A stretch of DNA of 64,000 nucleotides. It comes from a virus. Positions 47,215 to 56,219 of the stretch are shown here, piece after piece (position 1 is the stretch's first letter; every line of letters starts with the position of its first letter). The translations under genes were made by a program, and so were the position numbers. Where the stretch lies: IMG/VR virus record IMGVR_UViG_3300035099_000047, positions 1 to 64,000 of that record. The stretch is one strand, 5' to 3'. Under the pieces are notes generated by a model. The model was not told the origin of the DNA. It saw nothing but the letters and a program-made list of their open reading frames with translations, and ran no database searches.

Positions 47215-47529
47215 TTAGCAATGACCAGACATCAAAGTGGAACCTGCGCAATAAGGAGCAAGAACCATCCTTTTCGTGCACATGGCGTATGAAGTCAATC
47301 TTTGGCTGAAGACCAAAGGAAGGGTCCTCATCGTTCGTTTTCGGCGGCTGCCGACTATCCGAGGGGGGAGTGAACTTCTGTTGATCGGGAATACACGGAA
47401 CTTGCTGTTCGAGTTGTTTTTTCGATCACAAACAACACTCAAACACACTATAACCACACCAACAAACACTATGAAACTAAGGCGGCCCACAGCTTCATCT
47501 ACCACGTAAACAGGTATGGGCTCTGGCAT
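47215..47529 (-). CDS. Hypothetical membrane protein
   Basis: N-terminal hydrophobic segment. Confidence 0.35.
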   Translation of the reverse strand: MPEPIPVYVVDEAVGRLSFIVFVGVVIVCLSVVCDRKNNSNSKFRVFPINRSSLPPRIVGSRRKRTMRTLPLVFSQRLTSYAMCTKRMVLAPYCAGSTLMSGHC

Positions 47530-47599
47530 GGTTTTGTCCTAATTCTGCTTTTTGTAAGCAACTGTGTGGATAATCCTTTGAAAGACCCAGATGATAACA

Positions 47600-47947
47600 T
47601 CCTTGTCTAGTCTTGTCGGGTCAGGTCTGGTTTCGTCGAGTCGGGTCGCATCTCGCCTGGTCCGGTCCGGTCTAGTCACGTCCTATCATGTCCAATCCGG
47701 TCTTGCCGTGCCCTGGTCCAGCCTGGTTTGGTTGGGTTTTATTTGGTATAATCTTGTTGCACCCAGCCCTATCTAACCCAATTGTGTCGCGTTGCATCGG
47801 TCTGGTCTAGTCTTGTCTGATCCGGTCTCGTCCCGCCCTGTCTCGCCTGGTCAGGTCCAATCGTGTCATGTTCGATCTGGTTTGGTCTTGTTGGGTCAGG
47901 TCTTGTCAGGTCTAACCTTGTCCTGTCAAGTCTGGTCCAATCTAGTT
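47600..47947 (-). repeat. Pentamer array C, (RRY-NN)n, mostly GAC-NN, ~70 units
   Basis: GTC/GCC/ATC/GTT every 5 nt on the plus strand with a variable dinucleotide. Confidence 0.9.
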
Positions 47948-47953
47948 GTGGGG

Positions 47954-48481
47954 TCAAGTATCCTTCATCAGCTCTAACAACTTGCTGGGCTCTATTTGAC
48001 GTAGCCTAGTCCGGCCATCTTGTGAAAGCAAACGCTGTGCCTTATTGTGAAAGCCGCCAGAACTCAGCAATGATTCCATACCCATTTGAGCCGTCCTGAT
48101 ATTCAGTTCCAGTCGTTCCTCTGGGCTCATTTCCGACCGATCAGTCCCAACTGCTATGCGCATCATCCTCTTGGAAAACTTGTGGATGCGCTTGGAACCT
48201 CGATTCAATACCTTTAGTCGGCCCTTTGAATCTAAACACACCCAAGCTTTCTCCTCGGGAAACCACCTCCACGTCACGTTGTAATTGACTTCGGTGTAGT
48301 AAATCGCGTAAGTTACATTGCGGTATCCCGGAGATTTGGAATCGCAGGGCCTACCTACAATTTTGTTCATTTCCTCCAGGGGAATTTTGTCCCCTGGTTT
48401 TCCTTTGCACATGTGTTGAACAGCTGCAGCAGTGTAACTGCTAAGCTCATACATGCGCCTGCCGTCTCCCACGTTACTCAT
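47954..48481 (-). CDS. Partner protein of the RAMP/pentamer locus (putative winged helix + helical)
   Basis: GAAAGGA RBS; lies between arrays B and C. Confidence 0.7.
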   Translation of the reverse strand: MSNVGDGRRMYELSSYTAAAVQHMCKGKPGDKIPLEEMNKIVGRPCDSKSPGYRNVTYAIYYTEVNYNVTWRWFPEEKAWVCLDSKGRLKVLNRGSKRIHKFSKRMMRIAVGTDRSEMSPEERLELNIRTAQMGMESLLSSGGFHNKAQRLLSQDGRTRLRQIEPSKLLELMKDT

Positions 48482-48499
48482 AAATCGATCCTTTCTTTG

Positions 48500-49065
48500 G
48501 TTAAGTCTCGTCTTGTCTTGTTGTGTCGCGTTCAGTTTTGTCTAGTCTAGTCGGGTCAGGTCACATCGGGTTGGGTCTAGTCTGGTCGGGCCCTGTCATG
48601 CCTTGTCTGGTGTGCTTTGATCGCACCGTGCCCCGTTTAATCTAACCGTGTTGTGCTTGATTAGACCTTGCTTTGTCCAGTCAGGTCATATTGCGTCAAG
48701 TCGGGTCTGGTCCAGTCTCGTCAAGCCTTGTCAGGTCCGGTCTCGTCCAGTCATGTCTAGTCACGTCATGTCCAGTCCAATCCTGTCACGTCATGTCCCG
48801 TCTTGTCATGTCTAGTCAAGTCCGGTCCAGTCGAGTCCTGCCCCGTCCTGTCTAGTCACGTCATGTCCAGTCCAGTCTCGCCCAGTCAGGTTTGGTCTGG
48901 TCCGGCATCGTCCAGCTATATCTAGTCCTGTCTTGTCGCGTCACGTCCAGTCCCGTCACGTCCAGTCGCGTCCAGTCTAGTCCTGTCCCGTCTCGCCTCG
49001 CCTAGTCCAGTCATGTCTCGTCATGTCCTGTCAAGCCGTGTCCTGTCAAGCCTTGTCCTGTCATG
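48500..49065 (-). repeat. Pentamer array B, ~113 units in unbroken 5-nt register
   Basis: GTCNN periodicity on the plus strand; no long minus-strand ORF. Confidence 0.92.
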
Positions 49066-49076
49066 ACATACTGAGT

Positions 49077-49655
49077 TCATTCGTCGGTTTGGAAGTCCAA
49101 CTTATCAATCCGGAACCGTCCATTGATACCACCGTTTTCCACCCTCATGGCGCCCCAACCAATGAACTGACCAACACACCGCAGATGATCGTGGATCTGA
49201 TCCGGGGTGATTTTGCCGTCAAAGACGTCAAAATCTCCGTGGGCCACCCATTGATGGAACGTTGGGAAAATGCGAGGTACCCGCTTGGTACCTCCATGCT
49301 TACCGTCGGATGGTACCGGAAGGGGGATGGGATCCACGTCTTCGACCGTCATAGGAGATCCATCAGGTTTAAACAATAACACTGATGAACCAGGTGAAAT
49401 ACCCTTGACAAATCGGCTGGCAAAAGTGGTACGACCCTCCACCTTGCGCCCCAACCATTTGGCTGCAGACAGTAGAGAGTTGGTAACGCAGAAGGAATTC
49501 AGGTAACATTGACCTTCTGGGTTGACCCAAAGTTTCTTCTTCCAAATCCTTTCCTCGAACTGTTCATAAGTCTCCCCGTCCTGCTTTTTGTCCAGCAGAT
49601 ACCTGGAAACCATGAGATCAGCCATCCCGATCACTTGAAAAGTAACCTTCAACAT
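49077..49655 (-). CDS. Stand-alone RAMP (Cas7/Csm3-like) protein
   Basis: N-terminal strand ending G..LM, YLNSFCVTNSLLSAA helix, RIFPTFHQW, C-terminal Gly-rich loop GQFIGWGAMRVENGGINGRF; AAGGAG RBS. Confidence 0.75.
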   Translation of the reverse strand: MLKVTFQVIGMADLMVSRYLLDKKQDGETYEQFEERIWKKKLWVNPEGQCYLNSFCVTNSLLSAAKWLGRKVEGRTTFASRFVKGISPGSSVLLFKPDGSPMTVEDVDPIPLPVPSDGKHGGTKRVPRIFPTFHQWVAHGDFDVFDGKITPDQIHDHLRCVGQFIGWGAMRVENGGINGRFRIDKLDFQTDE

Positions 49656-49761
49656 ACAAACTTCTCCTTGAAAAGGGCTTCACGACTGATTGGTTCTTGA
49701 GTGTCGGCCCTGTGCCGTACTGCTAACCATGTCTTGCGCTTGCCCTTGATTCACCTAACAA

Positions 49762-50014
49762 GTTCTTGTCTGGTCTAGTTTGGTCTAGTCATATCTCGTC
49801 AGGTCTAGTCTGTTCCCGTCCGGTCCTACCGCGTCTTGTCGGGTCACATCTAGTCACGTCCGATTCCGTCGTGTCTTGTCGGGTCACATCTAGTCACGTC
49901 CGGTCAGGCTTGGTCAGATCATGTCTCGTCATGTCAGGTCGGGCCCAGTCTCGTCAGGTCTAGTCTGGTTTGGTTCGGTCCCGTCTTGTCCCGTCCTGTC
50001 AGATCGGGTCAAGC
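49762..50014 (-). repeat. Pentamer array A, ~50 units
   Basis: GTCNN periodicity; internal 30-nt duplication gtcttgtcgggtcacatctagtcacgtccg. Confidence 0.9.
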
Positions 50015-50022
50015 TAATTACT

Positions 50023-50904
50023 TTATTCTACCAAGAATCGTTTACGCAACTCAGCAATTTCATCGGAATCAGCCTCAGCTGCATCTTTACCAGTTTCCAA
50101 TTTTACTCGATGGGTCTCTCCAGAGTATCTGGCCAACTCGTCAGCCAACCTGTTAGCTCGCCATTGAGCTTGAGTTTCACTGTCAAAACAAACCACCCTG
50201 ACCGGATACTTGATCATTTTGTTCAATTGGGCTGGAGTGTAATTCAATCCCATAGTGGCTACGGCTCCAGGTCCAATGGCCCAAGCATCAGCTGGCCCTT
50301 CCACAATTATTATACACTGTCTGGCCAAATCATTCCCGTAAAGCAACTCTTTTGCAGGAATGGCTTCTTCTGCTACTGGAGCATTACTGTACCGTTTGCC
50401 TTTGTCGCCAATAGAGCGGGTTGTCCAGCTAACTGTTTCACCCCGGTACTGAATAGGTATGAATAGGCTCCAACTGTACCTAGCCGCAATCCCTATGCCT
50501 TGCACACCCCACAACCGAGCTATACGGTCCGGATCAAATCCCCTGCCTTGCAGGTACTTGCGATGAGCCTTGGCCAGCAGTCCTACACCAGGAGGAATTT
50601 TAAGCTTACCTGCTAATCGTTCAGCCCATTTACGATTCCGCTCCCAACCAACACTTTTGAGCAAATCATAGCATTCCAGAACGGACAGATGGGTAGTTTC
50701 AGACAGAGCATCAACTAACCGAATTGACCCACATGACCAGCAATTGGCATAACCTCCGGACACATTGATGCCCAGTCGAAACCGGCCACTGCGGGGACTG
50801 CACCTTGGACAGTCGATTTGCACCCATCCCTCACGAGCGTGCTCATGTTGACCCACCGTGCGAGTCGGTATCCTCAATTCGGCAAGTAATGAATCAATCC
50901 TCAT
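50023..50904 (-). CDS. DNA primase (Zn ribbon + TOPRIM)
   Basis: CPRC...CWSCG, IIVEGPADA, CFDSE, KDAAE. Confidence 0.88.
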   Translation of the reverse strand: MRIDSLLAELRIPTRTVGQHEHAREGWVQIDCPRCSPRSGRFRLGINVSGGYANCWSCGSIRLVDALSETTHLSVLECYDLLKSVGWERNRKWAERLAGKLKIPPGVGLLAKAHRKYLQGRGFDPDRIARLWGVQGIGIAARYSWSLFIPIQYRGETVSWTTRSIGDKGKRYSNAPVAEEAIPAKELLYGNDLARQCIIIVEGPADAWAIGPGAVATMGLNYTPAQLNKMIKYPVRVVCFDSETQAQWRANRLADELARYSGETHRVKLETGKDAAEADSDEIAELRKRFLVE

Positions 50905-51230
50905 GACAACACAGCCTCAGCCCGCTCAACCACAGCCTTGACACGGTTGAAATACTCACGTACAAACTTCATGGCCCGACGCACGGCCTTGTTGGGATCA
51001 GAGTATTGTTTAAGGTTTGGATCGTCCCATATTGACCAACCGCCCCCAGCGTGATCTGGATTGTTTGATACCACGGCCCAATACTCAACCTTGCCATGGA
51101 CTGATATTGGACCATTGTAAGCATAGAACTGCCAGCCGATGTTTTTCCACACCCGTAGCTTCCAGCCCTTACCCTTCAACTTGCGAATCAGAGCCCGACC
51201 TGCTTCAACTGCTTCTCGCTTGGTTTTCAT
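50901..51230 (-). CDS. Hypothetical protein
   Basis: AAGGAG RBS; coupled to primase. Confidence 0.6.
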   Translation of the reverse strand: MKTKREAVEAGRALIRKLKGKGWKLRVWKNIGWQFYAYNGPISVHGKVEYWAVVSNNPDHAGGGWSIWDDPNLKQYSDPNKAVRRAMKFVREYFNRVKAVVERAEAVLS

Positions 51231-51240
51231 GATTAACTCC

Positions 51241-51453
51241 TTAAGCTGTCCAACGAGGAAACTTGAGCCGCTTAGTTTTCAACACAATCTTGGCCAGTTC
51301 CTCCAACCCAGTGACATCCCACCCCTTGCAGCTTGCCACATGTCGGGCGAACTTCGTATACAGTTCATCCTCCAAGGCATGAGCCTTCTCCGGATCGTAA
51401 TTCTTGGCTTCTTTGATCCTTTCCACCATACATTCCGCCTGCTCAAGAGTCAT
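51241..51453 (-). CDS. Hypothetical phage protein
   Basis: DPEKAHALEDELY...FPRW. Confidence 0.6.
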   Translation of the reverse strand: MTLEQAECMVERIKEAKNYDPEKAHALEDELYTKFARHVASCKGWDVTGLEELAKIVLKTKRLKFPRWTA

Positions 51454-52814
51454 AACCGCATCTCCTTTCCCATTTGAATCAAGAGTTCGTCATACACCCC
51501 CAATTGCTCTCCACGGCCATTGCCATCAATGACCTCATTGAATGTTTCCTGCCTACGTTGTATTATACACAAAACCTTCTCTTCAATTGTATCATGAGCC
51601 ACTAAATAATAGACAGAAACGTCCTTGGTCGTGCCGATTCTCCAACACCTGTCTTCATTCTGGATAGCAGTACCGGGGTTCCAAGGCAATTCCGCAATGG
51701 CTACGTTGTGAGCAGCAGTCAGGTTGGTACCAACTCCAGCGGCCTTATGTTCCCCAAACAGTACCCGCACCCGTGGATCTTGTTGAAACTTGTCCGTTAA
51801 GGCCCCTCGCTTGTTGCTAGGCACGCTTCCGTCAATCGTAACAGACGAGTACCTACAACCCTGTCGAAGTCCATCTAGGAACGCTCGATGGTGAGCAAAA
51901 AACACCATCTTCTCTTCACTCTGGTCTAGCCAATTGTTTAGCCAATCTATTACAGCTGGTAGCTTCTCTTGGGATGCCAATCTCATCAAGTACCCAACCT
52001 TTGAGAACCCCTCAGTCTTCAATGCACGACGAGCCTTGACCGTCCCATACTTTTGGATCCAATTGCGAAAATCGTTTTCTGCCCGTTGATACTCATCAGG
52101 ATCTCGCAACGGTACCGGCATTACACAACGGAATTTGTCTGGCAAGTCCTTGAGCACTTCCCGTTTGTTATGGCGCACTAACACCCTACGTTTCAATTCC
52201 TCATGCAATTCATCTAGGTGGCGGGTGTGATTGAAATTCCAACCCCACGGGGTCAATTTGGGTGGGCAGTAGCGTTCGGCATACCTGGCACGATTACCCC
52301 ACACCTTGGGTTGCAAAATGCTGAGCACGGGCCATAGTTCAATGACTCGGTTCAAAAAAGGGGTACCACTGAGTGCCAATACATGAGGAACGTTGAGGCA
52401 AATGGCTCTGGTGCAAATCGTCCTAACGCTACGCGGCGAACTGAGCATCTGACATTCATCAATTATGATTGTTTCAGCCCCGTACCAATACAACCATTTC
52501 ATCCAGTACTGCAAAATGTCATAATTGATGATGACTATATCTGGCCGTTTGCTTTTGTAAACAATATCCCGTGGGGTGGTGGACTCTGCGATGAAAATGT
52601 TTGGGTTATTTAACACCCGCTTGGCCTCCCGTTCCCAATGGAACTTGACGGAAGCGGGGCAGATCACCAGGGCCGGGAGGGCATCAGGATGATGCTTCAG
52701 ATACAGGTAAGACGTGAAGGTCTTACCAAGACCAGGGTCCATCGCCAAAAGAGGACGGCCGTCGAACCACTCGATTTCTCTGAGAGCTTGGATTTGGTAG
52801 GGGTAGGGTATCAC
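51450..52814 (-). CDS. SNF2-family helicase
   Basis: MDPGLGKT, IIDECQ, LSGTP, QNEDRCWRIG. Confidence 0.92.
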   Translation of the reverse strand: MIPYPYQIQALREIEWFDGRPLLAMDPGLGKTFTSYLYLKHHPDALPALVICPASVKFHWEREAKRVLNNPNIFIAESTTPRDIVYKSKRPDIVIINYDILQYWMKWLYWYGAETIIIDECQMLSSPRSVRTICTRAICLNVPHVLALSGTPFLNRVIELWPVLSILQPKVWGNRARYAERYCPPKLTPWGWNFNHTRHLDELHEELKRRVLVRHNKREVLKDLPDKFRCVMPVPLRDPDEYQRAENDFRNWIQKYGTVKARRALKTEGFSKVGYLMRLASQEKLPAVIDWLNNWLDQSEEKMVFFAHHRAFLDGLRQGCRYSSVTIDGSVPSNKRGALTDKFQQDPRVRVLFGEHKAAGVGTNLTAAHNVAIAELPWNPGTAIQNEDRCWRIGTTKDVSVYYLVAHDTIEEKVLCIIQRRQETFNEVIDGNGRGEQLGVYDELLIQMGKEMRL

Positions 52815-53434
52815 TCAATGGTTGCTCCCTGAGCCTTTTTCTTACGGTATTCCCCCAGGGCGTCACATATCTTTCCATAAATCTCGGGCCCGATGCCATT
52901 GGCTCGCTGCAAATTGCAAGCCTCTCTGACTAAATCCCCAATGGTGTATAAACCAGCACAGCAAATAAGCAAGTGATTGACATGTTCGGACATCCCTAAC
53001 TGCTCAATAGGAGTCTTGTCAAATCTCAGGGGATCGCCATAATCATTTGGAGGCTCTGACTCACTGATCAGCTGTAGCAGCTTGCTTATGATCTGTTTGT
53101 GTAGTTGTTGGAGTTTGGCATTTTGTCCCTTGGTTAAGTATTTGCGACTGCCCACCTCACCTTCAAACTCCACCCGGCGCACCGGATCCCTGTAAGGTCT
53201 TTGGATATGACCGGATTGGTCCTGCCGTGCAATTCTAACCTCTCTGATGTACACAGACACCAACCGGCCCATTTTTCCAATCGAAGCCAAATAGGGCAAC
53301 ATTGCATAAGTCCATTTCAGGGCTCCCACCATCGCCTCTCCCTCAGTATCAAATTCTACCAAGGTGGATTCATTGCGATGATCGTATCCCGTCAAACGAC
53401 TACGGTAGTTAATGGTGAATTCCCAATACATCAA
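52811..53434 (-). CDS. Protein with C-terminal RNA polymerase alpha-CTD-like domain
   Basis: TPIEQLGMSEHVNHLL...GLYTIGDLV...NGIGPEIYGKICDAL. Confidence 0.65.
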   Translation of the reverse strand: MMYWEFTINYRSRLTGYDHRNESTLVEFDTEGEAMVGALKWTYAMLPYLASIGKMGRLVSVYIREVRIARQDQSGHIQRPYRDPVRRVEFEGEVGSRKYLTKGQNAKLQQLHKQIISKLLQLISESEPPNDYGDPLRFDKTPIEQLGMSEHVNHLLICCAGLYTIGDLVREACNLQRANGIGPEIYGKICDALGEYRKKKAQGATIE

Positions 53435-53641
53435 TCAACTCGCAGGCAAGACTGAAACCTCTATCAACCAATTTTCCTCATTCAGTTCATCTACCAAACT
53501 CCTGGCTTCCAACTCACTGAGTTCCTTTTTGTTTAGATACCCAGCCACAAATCGCGGTTCCCTTTGCGGCCCGCGATCCAAGGTTAGCAGCACGTTGTAC
53601 TTGCCATTACGGCTTTTAATGAACTTAGCAACCATTTTCAT
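53435..53641 (-). CDS. Hypothetical protein
   Basis: ORF on coding strand. Confidence 0.5.
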   Translation of the reverse strand: MKMVAKFIKSRNGKYNVLLTLDRGPQREPRFVAGYLNKKELSELEARSLVDELNEENWLIEVSVLPAS

Positions 53642-53838
53642 TTGATCTCTTGCCTTTCTTCCTTACTGGGGTCTAAAGTGGCCTCGGCCAAGGGGGCCGT
53701 TCGCTGCCGAGGCCAAACCGACTCAAGGAGGGCCGACCCTACCGAAGTTAGCCCAGCAGGTCGGCGACAGCCATCGTTCACCCGACGGTCCCGGCGCAAG
53801 TGAGCAGGCCGCTCTATGAACCTGGGCTAGCAATTCCA

Positions 53839-54186
53839 TTATTTGACCTTGACCTTTCCTACCGCCTTGCCTGTGTAGTTGTAATAAATGATGTCTTTGC
53901 CCCGCTGTTCGGCGCTGCCTAGCAGCTTACCTTCGCGGTTGTAATACCTGGTTCGGTTCCCCCGTTGGATGGACCGACCTTCGTATTTACCCGTGCGGTC
54001 GTAAAATTTGTTGTAGCCAGTGGGACCAAAGATTTGGTCGTTTTGGACCCCCTTGGAATGTCCTACCGTCCGTTGGTGGGTTTGAACTTGAAGTTGGGTT
54101 GGAACAGTCTGGTTGCATTTGGTCAAACACACCGCTAATACTCCCACCAACATCAGTCCGAAACCAGTCTTCATTGTGCCCTCCAA
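53839..54186 (-). CDS. Secreted/membrane protein with Y-x-x-x-G-K repeats
   Basis: Signal-like N-terminus; FYDRTGK, YYNREGK and YYNYTGK repeats. Confidence 0.6.
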   Translation of the reverse strand: MEGTMKTGFGLMLVGVLAVCLTKCNQTVPTQLQVQTHQRTVGHSKGVQNDQIFGPTGYNKFYDRTGKYEGRSIQRGNRTRYYNREGKLLGSAEQRGKDIIYYNYTGKAVGKVKVK

Positions 54187-54187
54187 T

Positions 54188-54943
54188 CTATTGGCTTTGG
54201 GGAGTGTTGGTCATAGGGACCGCATACATAGTTATTCTACCATTCACGAGCTTGGCCCAGTGATCACTCCAAACGTGTTTGCCAATAATTTCGTTGTTTG
54301 CAATAGTAGCAGACCGCAACTGCTCCGATGAATTGCGTGCACCGTTTCCCCTTTGGTAAGCCAAAAATACCGGAAGGATTTGGTTCAATCGCCTAAAAAT
54401 TCCAGCCTCATTGCTATCCCCATAACGGCGATAGACCACCAAACCATAATAGGTAGGACCTCCGCAGATTACTAGCCGTACCAGTGCCCTCCACAGGAAC
54501 TTACCAGCCTTATCAGGTACGAACACTATGGCAATGTCTGGGTCCGCTAAGTATCGCAATTGTTGGGCCCCCCGCCATGATGCAAAGCAACTTCTATAGT
54601 GTTCAGTCTCGGCCAACCTAAGCAAATCGTTGTGACGACAAGATAACTTAAAGTTGATGGGTTTGAGAACCTTTCCCAACTCACTAGCCCGCTTGTCGTC
54701 AATTCGTCCCCTGCGCAGCAACCATCGCGTGAACTTCGTTCTGCCCCCCTCAGCGGCCCAAAGGTCGTAGGCATTCAACAAATCGGCCGGTACGAGATCC
54801 CTCTGGAAAGGGGCCTCGTACCAGCCTTCTATTTCTAGCAGCTTTTTATGCCGTGGCCGCACGTCCAAACTGCCAACGATCCCACGGCGTCCACCGTTGA
54901 CTGTCTTTGTTCGCTCCCGTTCAATTCGTTGCTCTAACACCAC
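54188..54943 (-). CDS. Hypothetical protein
   Basis: 251-aa ORF. Confidence 0.6.
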   Translation of the reverse strand: MVLEQRIERERTKTVNGGRRGIVGSLDVRPRHKKLLEIEGWYEAPFQRDLVPADLLNAYDLWAAEGGRTKFTRWLLRRGRIDDKRASELGKVLKPINFKLSCRHNDLLRLAETEHYRSCFASWRGAQQLRYLADPDIAIVFVPDKAGKFLWRALVRLVICGGPTYYGLVVYRRYGDSNEAGIFRRLNQILPVFLAYQRGNGARNSSEQLRSATIANNEIIGKHVWSDHWAKLVNGRITMYAVPMTNTPQSQ

Positions 54944-55082
54944 CTTAGCTCCCTTGTTTCCTCCGGCTAGCGAGTCCCCGAAGGGTACGCCATCAAGTCA
55001 GGTTGCCAAGCCTAACCGCCACGGATTTTAAAGAATCAAAAATCATTTGTCTCTAAAGTCCGCTATCTAACACTCACACCCT

Positions 55083-55625
55083 TCAACCCTCCACCAATGC
55101 CTGTTCAACCTCGCTTAACCCATCTATAACCCGAGCAACTGACCACCCCAACTTGACCATGTATTTGACCACCATATGTTTCATGGTGCTTTGGTTGCGC
55201 TTCAAATGCAATGAAGCTAGTTCCGCTGGCCCTTCTATTATAGCTGTCAGGATTGTACGAGCATCATCACTCAATTCTTGAGTCAAACTATCAAACCAAC
55301 CAATATAGCCCTGCCGGATATAGTCCTGCCGAATTAAACCCTGCCGTTGGTCCAAGACTTCCGGATCAATGTTCCTGATATGCTGGCGACGGTAATCGTG
55401 AACCAGATCTTTCATCGTGTTTTCTAACACCTTGTGCAAGTAGGTGGTAAATCGCACGCTCTTGTCTGGGTCCCAATACTTATAAGCGTAGCAGTAAGCC
55501 AACTGGCCTTCGGCCACACAATCCTCCAATGGAATACCAGTTTTGCGGTGGCACCTCCAAGCCACCTTGTAAATGAGTTGTTTCACGTCTCGAAACGTTT
55601 CTGAGCAAGCATCAGTTGTTACCAT
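55083..55625 (-). CDS. Sigma70 region-2-like phage transcription factor
   Basis: EDCVAEGQLAYCYAYKYWDPDKSVRFTTYL. Confidence 0.75.
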   Translation of the reverse strand: MVTTDACSETFRDVKQLIYKVAWRCHRKTGIPLEDCVAEGQLAYCYAYKYWDPDKSVRFTTYLHKVLENTMKDLVHDYRRQHIRNIDPEVLDQRQGLIRQDYIRQGYIGWFDSLTQELSDDARTILTAIIEGPAELASLHLKRNQSTMKHMVVKYMVKLGWSVARVIDGLSEVEQALVEG

Positions 55626-55670
55626 GGTAAATCCTTTTCCAAATTGAGCCTTGTCACTGCTGAAAGCCCC

Positions 55671-55699
55671 AGTATACGCGAAACCGTAAACCGGGTCAA
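55671..55699 (-). promoter_or_regulatory. Sigma70 promoter TTGACC-17-TATACT
   Basis: Upstream of the sigma-like gene. Confidence 0.7.
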
Positions 55700-55707
55700 T
55701 ACCCTTA

Positions 55708-56007
55708 TCAGGGGGTTTTCACTGGATTTTTTTGCCAACACTCGACGATCCGGTAAGCCCATTTAGCCCCATAATCTATGTGACCCATTGCATATCGCTC
55801 AGCCGCTTCAATTTCTTCCAAAGACAACACCCGCAACCCATGTTGCTGGGCGTAATCCCTAGCAGCTGACCAAACTGCTTTCCGCTCACTCAAAATCCAT
55901 TCCTCAACGGGCTTCTCAGGACGCTTTTTAGCCTCGTTCTGGAAAGTGTCATATAGCAATTGAGCCGGTTCTGTTTTAGGTCGAAAGAAACCTTGCATGT
56001 TACTCAT
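55708..56007 (-). CDS. Hypothetical phage protein
   Basis: AMGHIDYGAKWA; GGAGG RBS. Confidence 0.6.
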   Translation of the reverse strand: MSNMQGFFRPKTEPAQLLYDTFQNEAKKRPEKPVEEWILSERKAVWSAARDYAQQHGLRVLSLEEIEAAERYAMGHIDYGAKWAYRIVECWQKNPVKTP

Positions 56008-56219
56008 TTCACCTCCTCCTTTCTCACTCCGTCGGTTACACAGACAACACGGTGAGGTATCAACCTTTTGATCTCCTTGGCCGCTCTCAAGGCTTCCTCC
56101 CTACTACCGTAGACCTTCTGATTAGCAGGCTGAACACTGGCCGGGATGCCCCGATGCTGCTTGGTGATGTACCATTTCATGCTAGTCCCTCCACACAAAC
56201 ATACCGGACCAGGACGCAA
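56004..56219 (-). CDS. Hypothetical protein
   Basis: Coupled ORF. Confidence 0.45.
   Translation of the reverse strand: MRPGPVCLCGGTSMKWYITKQHRGIPASVQPANQKVYGSREEALRAAKEIKRLIPHRVVCVTDGVRKEEVK

Noticed and set aside
47591-49963. Short ORFs across the pentamer arrays (TRPDQ- or SGLVR-type repeats)
   Set aside because: A 5-nt period gives 5-aa repeats in any frame. Sense-strand frames are broken by frequent TAG/TGA, and conservation follows the 5-nt rather than the codon register.
47600-50014. Canonical CRISPR array
   Set aside because: There are no 25-45-nt identical repeats with unique spacers and no cas1/cas2 in the window.
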